Origin: Candidatus Wukongarchaeum yapensis
GTDB lineage: Archaea; Asgardarchaeota; Wukongarchaeia; Wukongarchaeales; Wukongarchaeaceae
Direction of reading: 5' to 3'
DNA length: 18,531 bases
Assembly: GCA_016840425.1 (NCBI GenBank)
Contig: JAEOSI010000020.1
Coordinates: 1-18,531 of the forward strand
The notes below the pieces were generated by a model. That model searched no databases. It was not told the DNA's origin and saw only the letters and a list, made by a program, of their open reading frames with translations. Shown here piece after piece: positions 1 through 9,523 of the stretch (position 1 is the stretch's first letter; each line of letters begins with the position of its first letter). The position numbers were made by a program, and so were the translations under genes.

Positions 1-60
1 ATTACTCTAACAGTATATCTAAACATATTATTATTAAAATTTTCACATCATTTATCAGCT

Positions 61-1695
61 TTACTTCTGAGCTTTAATTTTCTCTAAAGCCTCTTTTACA
101 GCTTTCTTAACACTTTCATGTTTATCTTCCAAAGCTTCAACGAGGGGTTCAACAGCCCTCAAATCGCCTATCTTTCCAAGAGATTCTGCCGCTTTCCTTC
201 TAACATCCTTATCTTTATCTTTTAGGGCTTCTATGAGTGGATTAACAGCCCTCAAATCGCCTATCTTTCCAAGAGATTCCGCTGCCCTTTCTCGAACAAC
301 CCGAACAATCCAATGTTTATCTTTCAAAGCCTGGATGAGAGGAATTACAGCCGGTTTTCCTATCTTTGCAAGGGCATTTACTGCTTTTTCTTGAACTCTC
401 CAATTTTTATCTCCTAAAGCTAACATGAGAGGTTTTATTGCTCTCGAATCGCCTATTTTTCCAAGGGTTTCTGCTGCTTGTTTTCGAATCTCACTCGCTT
501 TATCGCTCAGAGCTTCAATTAGAGCTTTTACAGCCCTCTCATCACCAATTTCACCAAGAGCTTCTATTACTCTCAATCGATTCAAAAAGATGTTTTTTAA
601 AGCTTTAGTGAGTGCTTCTAACGCTTCTGAATAGGCCATTTTACCAAGAGCGCATAATATCTCAATTTCAAAATCAATATCATCTCGTGCATTTTCAAAA
701 GCCAACAATAAAGGCCTTACAGCCCTTCTATCACCAATCTCGCCAAGAGCCCAAGCAGCATTGCATCGCACATCCCAAACTTTATCGTAAAGTGCTTCGA
801 TGAGAGGTTCAACAGCTCTCTTATCACTAATCCTACCAAGTTGCCGCGCTGCGTTCAAACGAATAATGCTATTTTCGTCTTTCAAAGCTTGAATCAGTGG
901 AAAAATAGCAGGTTCTCCCATCCTACCAAGGCTTCGTGCTGCCCTCATACCAACACGACTATCCTTATCCTTCAACGTTCGAATAAGGGGACCAATAGCC
1001 CTAGGATCACCTATTCTGCCAAGAACAGATTCTGTCACCAAACGAACAGCAGTGTCTTCATCTTCTAAAACCTGAATAAGCGGTTCGACAGATCGTTTGT
1101 CTCCAATCCTGCCAAGAGCCCCTACAGCATACCTTCTAACGCCGGCATCTTCATCTTTAAGTGCCAGAATTAGATGATCTACCGCCCCCAGATCGCCTAT
1201 TTTTCCAAGGGCCCACGCTGCATACCTTCTAGTATCAATATCTTCATCCTTCAAAGCTTGGACAAGGGATTCTACGATTCTAGAAACCCCCATATTACCA
1301 AGGGCTACTATAGCATATCTGCGAACTTCGATATCTTCGTCTGTCAAAGCTTTAATTAGCGATTCTATAGCCGTCGGATCGCCTATTCCACCTAGAATCC
1401 ATGCTACCCTTCTTCGAACGTCCGCATCTTCATAGCTTAGACCTTTTAAGAGGGGTTCAACAGCAAGTTTTCCTATCTTAACAAGAGCTTTTGCCGCCCC
1501 CTCCCGAACAGTCCAATTTTCACCCTTCAAAGCCTCTATAAGAGCTTTAACAGCCCTCACATCCTTCATATTCCCAAGTGTCCATTGTGCCCTCCACCGA
1601 ACATCGCTAGCTTCATCTTTTAAATCTAAAATTAGCCGTTCTATTTCCTCAGAGACTTCTTTTTCTTTTTTAATCGCTTTAGCGGGTATTTCCAT
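61..1695 (-). CDS. HEAT repeat (PBS lyase HEAT-like) protein
   Basis: Many ~31-aa repeats of the form D..VR..AA.ALG.IGD.RAV.PL..AL. The ORF track starts at TTG 1716; ATG at 1695 has an upstream GGAGCAGGA SD-like motif and is preferred. Confidence 0.92.
   Translation of the reverse strand: MEIPAKAIKKEKEVSEEIERLILDLKDEASDVRWRAQWTLGNMKDVRAVKALIEALKGENWTVREGAAKALVKIGKLAVEPLLKGLSYEDADVRRRVAWILGGIGDPTAIESLIKALTDEDIEVRRYAIVALGNMGVSRIVESLVQALKDEDIDTRRYAAWALGKIGDLGAVDHLILALKDEDAGVRRYAVGALGRIGDKRSVEPLIQVLEDEDTAVRLVTESVLGRIGDPRAIGPLIRTLKDKDSRVGMRAARSLGRMGEPAIFPLIQALKDENSIIRLNAARQLGRISDKRAVEPLIEALYDKVWDVRCNAAWALGEIGDRRAVRPLLLAFENARDDIDFEIEILCALGKMAYSEALEALTKALKNIFLNRLRVIEALGEIGDERAVKALIEALSDKASEIRKQAAETLGKIGDSRAIKPLMLALGDKNWRVQEKAVNALAKIGKPAVIPLIQALKDKHWIVRVVRERAAESLGKIGDLRAVNPLIEALKDKDKDVRRKAAESLGKIGDLRAVEPLVEALEDKHESVKKAVKEALEKIKAQK
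151..279. repeat. Identical 36-nt copies inside the HEAT gene (151-186 and 244-279), period 93 nt
   Basis: aacagccctcaaatcgcctatctttccaagagattc occurs twice, one HEAT unit (31 codons) apart. Confidence 0.9.
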
Positions 1696-1791
1696 GTTCC
1701 TGCTCCCACTTGGCAACTGATTGCCTGACTAATTGGTTTAATATTATATCTTTTAATAAAGTTTTCATAAGGCTGAAGTTTTGCCCAATAA

Positions 1792-2757
1792 TCATCGTTT
1801 GTGCCTTTCATGGAGTTTTCTCATATAGAATTTTTTCCCTTCGTATTCTGTCTCGATGAGTTGTTCTTGATCGATTAATTTTTGAATAGTGGACCAGTCA
1901 GCCTTTGCCTGCGACAAAAACTTCTTCACAGCTTCTTCTCTCATGGGATGCACCGATGTAATGCTCAACAGATCTTCTTCAACGTTTCCCGTAAAAGCAA
2001 AGGCATTGCCCTCGTAACCTATGAGATATTCTACATTGTCAATTTTTTCACTAAAGTTTTGGTAGGCTCTATTAATAACTTCTTCACTGGGAGGTTGCAC
2101 CCACTTTTCTGCGGGCGGTCTTGTGGCGACGGATAAGTAAGCCTTACTGGGTTTCAACTGTGTCAAAAAGTCGGCAACTTCCTTAATATGTTCCTCACGG
2201 TCATTAGCGCCTTTTAGAAGCATCGTTTCTGTTACTAACTCTCCGTCGTAAACCTTGGAAAACTCTAACATACCGTCCAAAATTGTGTCTAATTCCAAAT
2301 TTTGATGGGGTCTGTTGATCCTGCGCCAGAACCTTTCTCGGGTCGAATCTACTTTCAAAGAGACCCAATCTGCTTTCATAAGGTCTTCTCTAACATCAAC
2401 ACGCCAAATGAGTGAGGCGTTGGTGATCACCGCAGTCTTGATCCCCAAGGGCTTCAAAAGATCGATTTCAAAGCCAAGATTAGCGTCTAGCGTAGGCTCG
2501 CCGTCGGGTACGAAGGTAAGGTAATCGATGGATTCGCCAACTTCTCTTGTTTTTTCTATCTTTTCCTCAACCGCCTTCAAAATTTCCTTTGGTTCATAAA
2601 ATATGAGGCGCTGGACCTGTTTCTTTATTGTACGTCCTAACTGGCAATAGACACAGCCATAACTGCAAATCTTAGGGGGGATATTGTTGATTCCTAAGCT
2701 ACGTCCTAAACGTCTAGATGGGACCGGTCCGAAGGCTATCATGATTTGGAACTCCAT
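1792..2757 (-). CDS. Radical SAM Fe-S oxidoreductase (COG0731-like, TYW1/Taw1-related group)
   Basis: CSYGCVYC (CxxxCxxC), N-terminal FGPVPSRRLGRSLGIN and DGEPTL motifs typical of this family. Alternative start ATG 2742. Confidence 0.88.
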   Translation of the reverse strand: MEFQIMIAFGPVPSRRLGRSLGINNIPPKICSYGCVYCQLGRTIKKQVQRLIFYEPKEILKAVEEKIEKTREVGESIDYLTFVPDGEPTLDANLGFEIDLLKPLGIKTAVITNASLIWRVDVREDLMKADWVSLKVDSTRERFWRRINRPHQNLELDTILDGMLEFSKVYDGELVTETMLLKGANDREEHIKEVADFLTQLKPSKAYLSVATRPPAEKWVQPPSEEVINRAYQNFSEKIDNVEYLIGYEGNAFAFTGNVEEDLLSITSVHPMREEAVKKFLSQAKADWSTIQKLIDQEQLIETEYEGKKFYMRKLHERHKR

Positions 2758-2888
2758 GGTAAGAATTGGTTTCTAAAACATTTTTAATTTATGTCACCAT
2801 CCCCTTATACCCTTTTATTTTATACTGTTATTTTATTGAAGTGGAGATGTTTTAGATTTTTAGAGGTTGTTTGGAGGGTTTTTTGTTT

Positions 2889-3467
2889 TTATTTTTTGTT
2901 TGTTTGGAAGTATTTTTTTGTTTTTATTTTTTCCATCAGTTTTTCGTAGGTGTCCTTTAATCCCTCGACAATAACTCTTGTGCCAGAAAATATGTCGAAG
3001 AAGTTGGCCTCTCTTTTATATCGGGGGACTATTTGGATGTGCAAGTGTTTGATGCTTCCGCCACCAGCGTATCCTTGGTTTATTCCTACGTTGAACCCGT
3101 CGGGATTGTAGGGATCTTTGAGGAGGAGGATGGAGTCTTGAACAAGCTTGTTTAAGTGTAAAAGTAAATCATCGTTTAAATCTTCATAATTTTCGTAGTG
3201 TTTTAAGGGCACAACCATTAGATGTCCGGGATTGAATGGGTATATGTTTAGAACTACCATCGCTTTATTGTCCCTGAAAAGTTCCCAGCTTGGGACTTGG
3301 GGGTTTTTTTTCACTATTTCGCATAGCGTGCAGGCGAATTTTCTTTTTTGGTGGTGTCTTCTTATATATTGAATCTTTTCGGGGCACCATAAATAATCGC
3401 GAAAAACTTTGCCTTCTTCTATCTCTGAATCATTATTTTCGACCAATTGGGTTACTTCTCCTTGCAA
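2889..3467 (-). CDS. HIT-superfamily nucleotide hydrolase/transferase (Ap4A phosphorylase-like), HxHxQ variant
   Basis: CxxC (CTLC), LNIYPFNPGHLMVVP, GFNVGINQG, HLHIQIVPR. Start is a TTG and uncertain. Confidence 0.88.
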   Translation of the reverse strand: MQGEVTQLVENNDSEIEEGKVFRDYLWCPEKIQYIRRHHQKRKFACTLCEIVKKNPQVPSWELFRDNKAMVVLNIYPFNPGHLMVVPLKHYENYEDLNDDLLLHLNKLVQDSILLLKDPYNPDGFNVGINQGYAGGGSIKHLHIQIVPRYKREANFFDIFSGTRVIVEGLKDTYEKLMEKIKTKKYFQTNKK

Positions 3468-3615
3468 GGCTGTTTTATATTGGTTTTTAACTATTTTTAC
3501 TTCTTTTTTTAGTTTTTTATGGTTCTTTTTGAGCGTTTCATGTTACATGGAAAGTATGTGGATAACAGAGGGTTTAATTTTTTCTATTAAGGGAACTTTT
3601 TTGGGTGTTTCTATT

Positions 3616-4251
3616 ATGAATAGTGATTTAGAACTACTTTCGGTTGTCAGGTTTTTTGGCAAAGACGGTTTTTACGCGAGGAAAAAGGAGCAAACAGAAG
3701 CATTATTAGAGTTAGAAAAAGCGAAGTTAGTTAAAATAAAGAAGAGTTCTAAAAAAACTTTCTTGATAACGGATAAAGGTTTAAAATTGCTTCAACAAAA
3801 TTACACCCTTCCACCGCCAAAGATTGAAACAAATGTCGACATGAAAGGGATAGAAGAACTATTTTTACAAGTTAAACATCTTATGGTTAAACTTGAGGAC
3901 ATGCTTGTACAAGTTCAAGGTTTAAGTCAGACGAATAAAGACTATGATGGTTTTAATAATCATGATTTTTTGAATGTAAATAAGGAGAAGGAGGTTTTCT
4001 TTCAAAGCGTTAGAAAAGCTTATAGGCGGAGAATTACTGTCTCAAATCCCTTGGTGAAAATATCGGAGATTTGGGAGGAGGTTCGTAAAGCGCTTCCCAT
4101 ATCTCGAGAGAAGTTTGAAAACTATCTGTTGGAGCTTCATGATAAAGGGAGATTAACGCTTCAGACTGCTATAAGCTCTTTAAAAACGCGGGGAGGAATC
4201 AGGGTCCCTCACGGGGTATATAATTACATTATTTTAGAAGAAGGGGCATAA
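3616..4251 (+). CDS. Hypothetical protein with predicted N- and C-terminal winged-helix-like domains and a central coiled coil
   Basis: The ORF-track start (3409) overlaps the HIT gene and translates low-complexity T-rich DNA. ATG 3616 follows a GGGTG SD-like motif. EALLELEKAKLVKI...FLITDKG and ISREKFENYLLELHDKGRLTL resemble wHTH helix plus wing patterns. Confidence 0.7.
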   Translation: MNSDLELLSVVRFFGKDGFYARKKEQTEALLELEKAKLVKIKKSSKKTFLITDKGLKLLQQNYTLPPPKIETNVDMKGIEELFLQVKHLMVKLEDMLVQVQGLSQTNKDYDGFNNHDFLNVNKEKEVFFQSVRKAYRRRITVSNPLVKISEIWEEVRKALPISREKFENYLLELHDKGRLTLQTAISSLKTRGGIRVPHGVYNYIILEEGA

Positions 4252-4252
4252 A

Positions 4253-5548
4253 ATGGCAAAAGATAAAGTATCTAAAGATGAGATTTTAATACAGGAAAAT
4301 CCTTTTAGGATCTTTGTATCTCGTTCAGACATCCCGGATGAAGTAGACATAATAGAGCCAAGAGTGCATGTAGAAGAAGCGATTGTTGATGTTATTAAAA
4401 CTGTTTCACGGGACAGGATGCCGTATATTTTGCCCGTTTTAGGAGAGGCAGGTTACGGAAAAACTCACCTCTATTGGGCGCTTAAAAAGAGACACAATGA
4501 TCTTAATATTGTTTACATAACACCTCCTTTAAAGGGTTATGACAGGCTTATTCAACACGTCTATTTTTCAACGGTGAAGAACCTTGGCTATGGGATCTTT
4601 GAGAAGATCTCTGAAAATTTGGAAAAAGCTTATGGAGACTTAGATAAAGCAATGTTACATAATCCAGGGTATGCTGCGGATTTGATTCAAGTTTTAAAAA
4701 AGATTGAAAAACCAGAGTTAAGAGATTTGGCGGTAAAATATCTTTGTGGGACGCCTGTTTCTAAGGATGAGTTGGAGGTTTTGTGTGCACGTGAACCAGT
4801 TTTTCGTGAAGACGTCGCACTTCAAGCGTTAAAAATTTTAACTGATAATCTTGAAAAACCTTTAGTGTTATTTTTGGACGAGCTTGAAGCGCCGTACTTG
4901 GAGGGGGGTGAAGAGTCACAGATCAGGTATTTAGAAAACGTAAAAAGAATTTTTAACGAGTGCAAAAATATTGTAATTATTATGGCTTGTCTTACAGATA
5001 TTTGGTCGAAAATAATCTCAATGGCTTCAAGCGCGGCTCAGGGGAGAACAGAGAAACCTAAAATCCTTAGGCGGTTCACTGCAAAAGATATAACCGAATT
5101 TTGTCAAAAAGTATTATCGAACTTTTGGACCAACAAAGGGATTACAAGTCAGAAAAAGGATTCGTTGTATCCTTTATCGGAAAACGATTTCCTTTCTGCT
5201 TACAGGTTTTCCCACGGCAATCCCAGGGAGGCTATACGCTGGATAAAAAACAGAATAGAGGAAAAGAGGTTTAATATACTTAAAAAAGAAAAACCCATAG
5301 AGCCCATTGAAGTCGTTGAAGACGTTATAAAACTGTTAAAAGCCATGGATAACGATCTTGATATAAAGATGATGTTAAAGGGGGAAGAAGTGCAGACAAA
5401 GGTTTCAAAGAACGGTTCTGAAGTCAAATTACGGATAAAAGATAAAAAACTATTTTTAATCAACAAAAATAAGCAGGAAACAGACGTTTCTGAAGAGGAT
5501 ATAGACACCCTAGCCAAAAACATAATCGAAAATCTTTCAAAAAACTGA
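4253..5548 (+). CDS. P-loop (AAA+-like) ATPase of unknown function
   Basis: Walker A GEAGYGKT, Walker B LVLFLDELE, helical lid-like GNPREAI. Starts 1 nt after the upstream stop codon. Confidence 0.88.
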   Translation: MAKDKVSKDEILIQENPFRIFVSRSDIPDEVDIIEPRVHVEEAIVDVIKTVSRDRMPYILPVLGEAGYGKTHLYWALKKRHNDLNIVYITPPLKGYDRLIQHVYFSTVKNLGYGIFEKISENLEKAYGDLDKAMLHNPGYAADLIQVLKKIEKPELRDLAVKYLCGTPVSKDELEVLCAREPVFREDVALQALKILTDNLEKPLVLFLDELEAPYLEGGEESQIRYLENVKRIFNECKNIVIIMACLTDIWSKIISMASSAAQGRTEKPKILRRFTAKDITEFCQKVLSNFWTNKGITSQKKDSLYPLSENDFLSAYRFSHGNPREAIRWIKNRIEEKRFNILKKEKPIEPIEVVEDVIKLLKAMDNDLDIKMMLKGEEVQTKVSKNGSEVKLRIKDKKLFLINKNKQETDVSEEDIDTLAKNIIENLSKN

Positions 5549-6328
5549 TTGAAAAAGCATGCGTATTGCTGCAACGATTAGGATTACTGCAAATAACATA
5601 CGGATACGCTCAACTTTCACGTAACTTAAAGCAAATTTTGAGCCTGAAAAAGCACCAAAAAAAGTTGCTATAGCTAGAGGTAAGGCGAGACCTAGGTTCA
5701 CGCGACCAAATGATCCATAGAGGAGTAAAGAGTACATTGTAGTAATCACTATCATGAAACTGCTGGTACCGACAGAATTACGCATAGAAACCCCCAAAAC
5801 AAGGTGCAGTATAGGGACTTTTATGACACCGCCACCAATCCCTAAAGAAGCTGAGAAAAACCCGGCTAAAAACGAGAATAATAGAGCTAAAAGCAAGACG
5901 TTCTTAGAAAGATTTTTAAAGGAAAAGGGAAAAAAACCGTTTTCCACGTCATTATAAGCCCTTTTAGAGCCTGTAAAAATTTTTATCGATGAAAGGAATA
6001 AGACCAAGGAGAATAGGAACACTAGTATAGTTTGCCCAGCGTGTAGATGAAAATAAAAGCCAAAAGTTGCCCCAATTAAGGTGACGGGCTCTAAAAATAA
6101 CCCTAATTTTAAAATTACCTTTCCGCTTTTAAGATAATTTATTGTAGCGCCTATACTTGTAGGAAGAATCATGGCCAAACTGAGGGGGACCGCCTCCTTC
6201 ATACTAAAACCAAAAATTAGGACCAAGATAGGCACGTAAAAGACTCCGCCGCCTATGCCCACCATGCTTGCTAAAAAACTAGCAAAAAAAACAAACAAAG
6301 CCAACAAAACAAAGGTTAAAAGATCCAT
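5537..6328 (-). CDS. Sulfite exporter TauE/SafE family membrane protein
   Basis: Twice-repeated G(I/L)GGG...VP motif (MVGIGGGVFYVP; LGIGGGVIKVP) and about 8 hydrophobic segments. Confidence 0.9.
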   Translation of the reverse strand: MDLLTFVLLALFVFFASFLASMVGIGGGVFYVPILVLIFGFSMKEAVPLSLAMILPTSIGATINYLKSGKVILKLGLFLEPVTLIGATFGFYFHLHAGQTILVFLFSLVLFLSSIKIFTGSKRAYNDVENGFFPFSFKNLSKNVLLLALLFSFLAGFFSASLGIGGGVIKVPILHLVLGVSMRNSVGTSSFMIVITTMYSLLLYGSFGRVNLGLALPLAIATFFGAFSGSKFALSYVKVERIRMLFAVILIVAAIRMLFQSVF

Positions 6329-6389
6329 GGAAAAACACCAAAAAAAACATTAGAGAATTTTTATAAATTCAAACATAGAAATGTAGCAC

Positions 6390-6566
6390 CTAAAAAAAAG
6401 CAAGGAAAAAATAAACTAAAAAAAGCGCTGCCAAAATTAGAAAAGCGAAGAAGCCGCAGATGCAGATGTTAACAGTTTTTTCAGAGGGAGGTTTTTGCTC
6501 TTTTTCTTCAATGTCCCCATAATATTTTAATGCTTCTTTTATCATCTCATCAGGATGTTTATCCAA
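6390..6566 (-). CDS. Small (58 aa) predicted tail-anchored membrane protein, below the ORF-track cutoff
   Basis: Manual translation: TTG 6566 with GGAGG 10 nt upstream gives MDKHPDEMIKEALKYYGDIEEKEQKPPSEKTVNICICGFFAFLILAALFLVYFFLAFF, stop TAG 6392-6390. Confidence 0.55.
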   Translation of the reverse strand: MDKHPDEMIKEALKYYGDIEEKEQKPPSEKTVNICICGFFAFLILAALFLVYFFLAFF

Positions 6567-6750
6567 TATTAGTTTTCCTCCTAAATCTTGACCAATTAAA
6601 ACCTCAGTTTTTTCATAAAATTTTCCCCCCTAGAAAACTTAAAAAAATGCGATAATATATAAAAAAATAAAAAATAAGGTCGTTCAAAACTAGAAAATTA
6701 AAAAAAAGAGAGAAAATTAATAATAGGAAATTTTTAACAGGGCGATTTTT

Positions 6751-7203
6751 TTACCAATTTATAAGCTTTAAGACGTCTTTTAAGTCTTTCTCAACGATTT
6801 CGGGTTTTTGCGGGGCTTTTGGCTTTTCCATTAGTATTTTGTTGACTTTCTCAAGGACTTTGGATAATTTAAGCCTTATGAGGCCGATATTTCCATTTTT
6901 ATCCATAGCCACTGAAATAATATGGTTTTTAAAACAGGGGTTAATAAGGATAAAACCTTTTGAAAACTCTAAGGTTAAAAGGTCCATTCTCTTCATTTCT
7001 GCCCTCTCACCTTGTTCCATATTACCTGAGAAAATCGCGTGAGATATAGGACCCATAACTAATTCTTTAGGATCATCTTTTCCTAGTCCTGCACTAAATA
7101 ATAAAAGCCCAACATCATCTACCAAAACCACCGAGATAATGTGCTTGTCTGAGCTATACAATTCCTCCAACACAGAACTAATTTCTACTAGTTTTTCCTG
7201 CAA
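6751..7203 (-). CDS. Roadblock/LC7 (MglB/LAMTOR-like) domain protein with a charged C-terminal tail
   Basis: Pattern IISVVLVDDVGLLLFS ... LTLEFSKGFILI ... IISVAMDKNGNIGLIRLKL fits the Roadblock alpha/beta fold. TTG start. Confidence 0.75.
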   Translation of the reverse strand: MQEKLVEISSVLEELYSSDKHIISVVLVDDVGLLLFSAGLGKDDPKELVMGPISHAIFSGNMEQGERAEMKRMDLLTLEFSKGFILINPCFKNHIISVAMDKNGNIGLIRLKLSKVLEKVNKILMEKPKAPQKPEIVEKDLKDVLKLINW

Positions 7204-7371
7204 AAATAAAGACCTACCTAATCAACACTACTTATACTTAAATAACTTCTAAAAAAAATAAATATCTTCTAGAAAAAATATCCGAATTTCTAAAAGAAAA
7301 ATCCGCAAATTAAAGTTTAAAAAACAATTTTCTCATAATTAACAGATGCAATCACTTTTCTTTTCATTTCT

Positions 7372-9294
7372 TTAGCCTTGTTCTAGAACCGCCTTTATCT
7401 CTTCTCTTAAGATTCGGCTAACTGTTTTCCCATCAATTTTCCCACGTAACTCTTTCATAATCTCCCCCATCAGAGGACCGATAGATTTCTCTCCTCTTTC
7501 TTTAATTATATTGAGATTTCTCTCCAGTATCCCTTTTATGAAAATTCTAACTTTTTCAACGGACACCGTTTCAAGTTTCAACTTTTCAACGGCTATATTA
7601 GCGGTGTCTCCAGGATTGCTAGCAAGATGTGTTAAAAGGTCGTCAACAACTTCTTTTGCTACACGATTTTCAGCTAAAAGTTCAAAAACCTGCCAAAGAT
7701 GATCCCTTGTTATCCTATCAACAGGAACACCATCCCGACCCAAAGCCTTCATCTTCTGAAGAACAGTGGTAGCTACAAGCATCGGATCAATACCAAGTTC
7801 ATTAACAATATTTTCAAATAAAATAGCATAATCATGAACCGCTAATTCATAAGCTAAAGTTTCAGGTAATTTAAGCCCTTTTACGTATCTTTCCTCACGA
7901 ATCCACGGATAATCAGACAACTCTGCCCTAATTTTTTCTACCAGCTCTTCAGGAATAGATATCGGAGGCGTATCCGTATCAGGATACATCCTAGCACCAC
8001 CACCAAGAGGTCTCTCAAACTCCGTATTACCTTCAAGCAACGCCCTCCTAGTTTCTGGGGGCACACCGCCTAAAGCCTCTCTAGCGCGGATTATACACTC
8101 TTCAAGAGCCATTCTAGCCCGTTCAAGCTCAGAAACAACCACAATAACACAATCATCATCACGAGCCCCAAAAACGGATAACAACGCCTGTTTTTCATCC
8201 TCGGATATGCTGTATGCTGGAAGCTCATCCGTATGAATTATGCCACCAACACCAGCAATTACCCGAGCTCTATCTGAGACCTCCTTCCCAAACCTCCTCC
8301 CCGGCTGAACTTCCTTCCCAAGCAAACCGGCAAATTTTGAAAGTTTAACGCCTAAAACTACGGCGCCCTTACCCACAGCCTTCCTTATAAATTTAGCCTT
8401 AGTTTCTGAGAAAATATCAGTAACATCTTTAAAATCAACAGTCAATTCCTCTACTTTCAACCCTCTTTGCTCCAACTCATCCCGAATCTCGAGAAGAGCC
8501 AACTGTCTCAACACTTCATTCCTAACAAGAGGCGCAATCCACTCAAGCCTCTGCACCCCTTTAACCTCTACGCGCCTTCCCCCCTCAATACTCACATTAA
8601 TATCCTGACGTATCGTGCCCAAACCCTTTCTAACACGCCCCGTAGCTCGAAGTAACCTGCTTATCCTATGAGCAGCCTCCACAGCCTCCTCAGGAGACGA
8701 TATATCCGGATAAGTACCAATCTCCACGAGAGGAATACCGATACGATCAGTCCTCCAAACAATCTCCTCCTCACTCTCATCAATCTCCCTACAAGCATCC
8801 TCCTCCAAAGAAAGCAAAGAAACCCTAATCTTTTTACCACTCCTCAAAGGCAAAAAACCCCCAGTCCCCACAATCATCGTCCTCTGAAAACCCGTAGGCA
8901 CACTACCATCAAGATACTGCTTCCGCGAAATATGCCACTCATCAAGCACCTCCACATTAAACAAAAGAGCAATCTCTATAACTATATTCACAGCCTCTTC
9001 ATCCACCTCAAAAGGAGGAATCTCATCAATCTCATAAAGACAAGTAGTATCATCATAAATCTCATAAACTATCCTCTTACCCTTCTTAAACTCCATAAGA
9101 GCAGTCGGATCAAACTCCCCCATCTCACTCAAAGTCGGCCGCATAAAACGAACCACGCGCGAATCAGGATCCTCCTTCCTCAACTCCGCAGGACAACGAC
9201 AAAAAAGCTTTCCCCGCGTAAACAACTGCTGATGAATCTCCAAACCCACCTTAAGACCAACACTTCCATAATCCAACCTATCACTTTCAACCAT
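7372..9294 (-). CDS. gatE: Glutamyl-tRNA(Gln) amidotransferase subunit E
   Basis: GLKVGLEIHQQL..KLFC.CP, DGS..GFQRT, LEEDA, GLGTIRQDINVSI, ARMYPDTD, and a C-terminal YqeY-like GPLMGEIMK. ATG 9294 is preferred over TTG 9330. Confidence 0.97.
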   Translation of the reverse strand: MVESDRLDYGSVGLKVGLEIHQQLFTRGKLFCRCPAELRKEDPDSRVVRFMRPTLSEMGEFDPTALMEFKKGKRIVYEIYDDTTCLYEIDEIPPFEVDEEAVNIVIEIALLFNVEVLDEWHISRKQYLDGSVPTGFQRTMIVGTGGFLPLRSGKKIRVSLLSLEEDACREIDESEEEIVWRTDRIGIPLVEIGTYPDISSPEEAVEAAHRISRLLRATGRVRKGLGTIRQDINVSIEGGRRVEVKGVQRLEWIAPLVRNEVLRQLALLEIRDELEQRGLKVEELTVDFKDVTDIFSETKAKFIRKAVGKGAVVLGVKLSKFAGLLGKEVQPGRRFGKEVSDRARVIAGVGGIIHTDELPAYSISEDEKQALLSVFGARDDDCVIVVVSELERARMALEECIIRAREALGGVPPETRRALLEGNTEFERPLGGGARMYPDTDTPPISIPEELVEKIRAELSDYPWIREERYVKGLKLPETLAYELAVHDYAILFENIVNELGIDPMLVATTVLQKMKALGRDGVPVDRITRDHLWQVFELLAENRVAKEVVDDLLTHLASNPGDTANIAVEKLKLETVSVEKVRIFIKGILERNLNIIKERGEKSIGPLMGEIMKELRGKIDGKTVSRILREEIKAVLEQG

Positions 9295-9523
9295 TTCAGA
9301 AACCAAAAAACCCACTCCGTAAAAACCCAAAAAACCTTAGCTTAACTAAAAATGATAAACAAAAAACTAGCTTTTAACATTAGCGCAACATACAACAACA
9401 AAAAAACTAAAATCCTTACCGAGGAATGCTTGAGGAACTTTAATGCTGCACTATATATTAAATAAAACATCTGAAAACCAGAAAAACATGAAAAACATGA
9501 AAAAACCGTTAAAGTTGCTTTTC

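Noticed and set aside
425-2524. Short plus-strand ORFs opposite the HEAT and radical SAM genes
   Set aside because: Antisense shadows with no motifs.
3409-3615. N-terminal extension of the 280-aa ORF
   Set aside because: It overlaps the divergent HIT gene and encodes T-rich nonsense-like sequence. ATG 3616 has a better SD context.
6481-6553. Possible C/D-box sRNA on the minus strand (TGATGA ... CTGA)
   Set aside because: Guide spacing is too long, there is no convincing D' box, and the region is better explained as a small CDS.
9481-9504. GAAAAACAT tandem repeat (about 2.6 copies)
   Set aside because: Short slippage repeat in A-rich intergenic DNA with no spacers, so not CRISPR. No CRISPR array was seen anywhere in the window.
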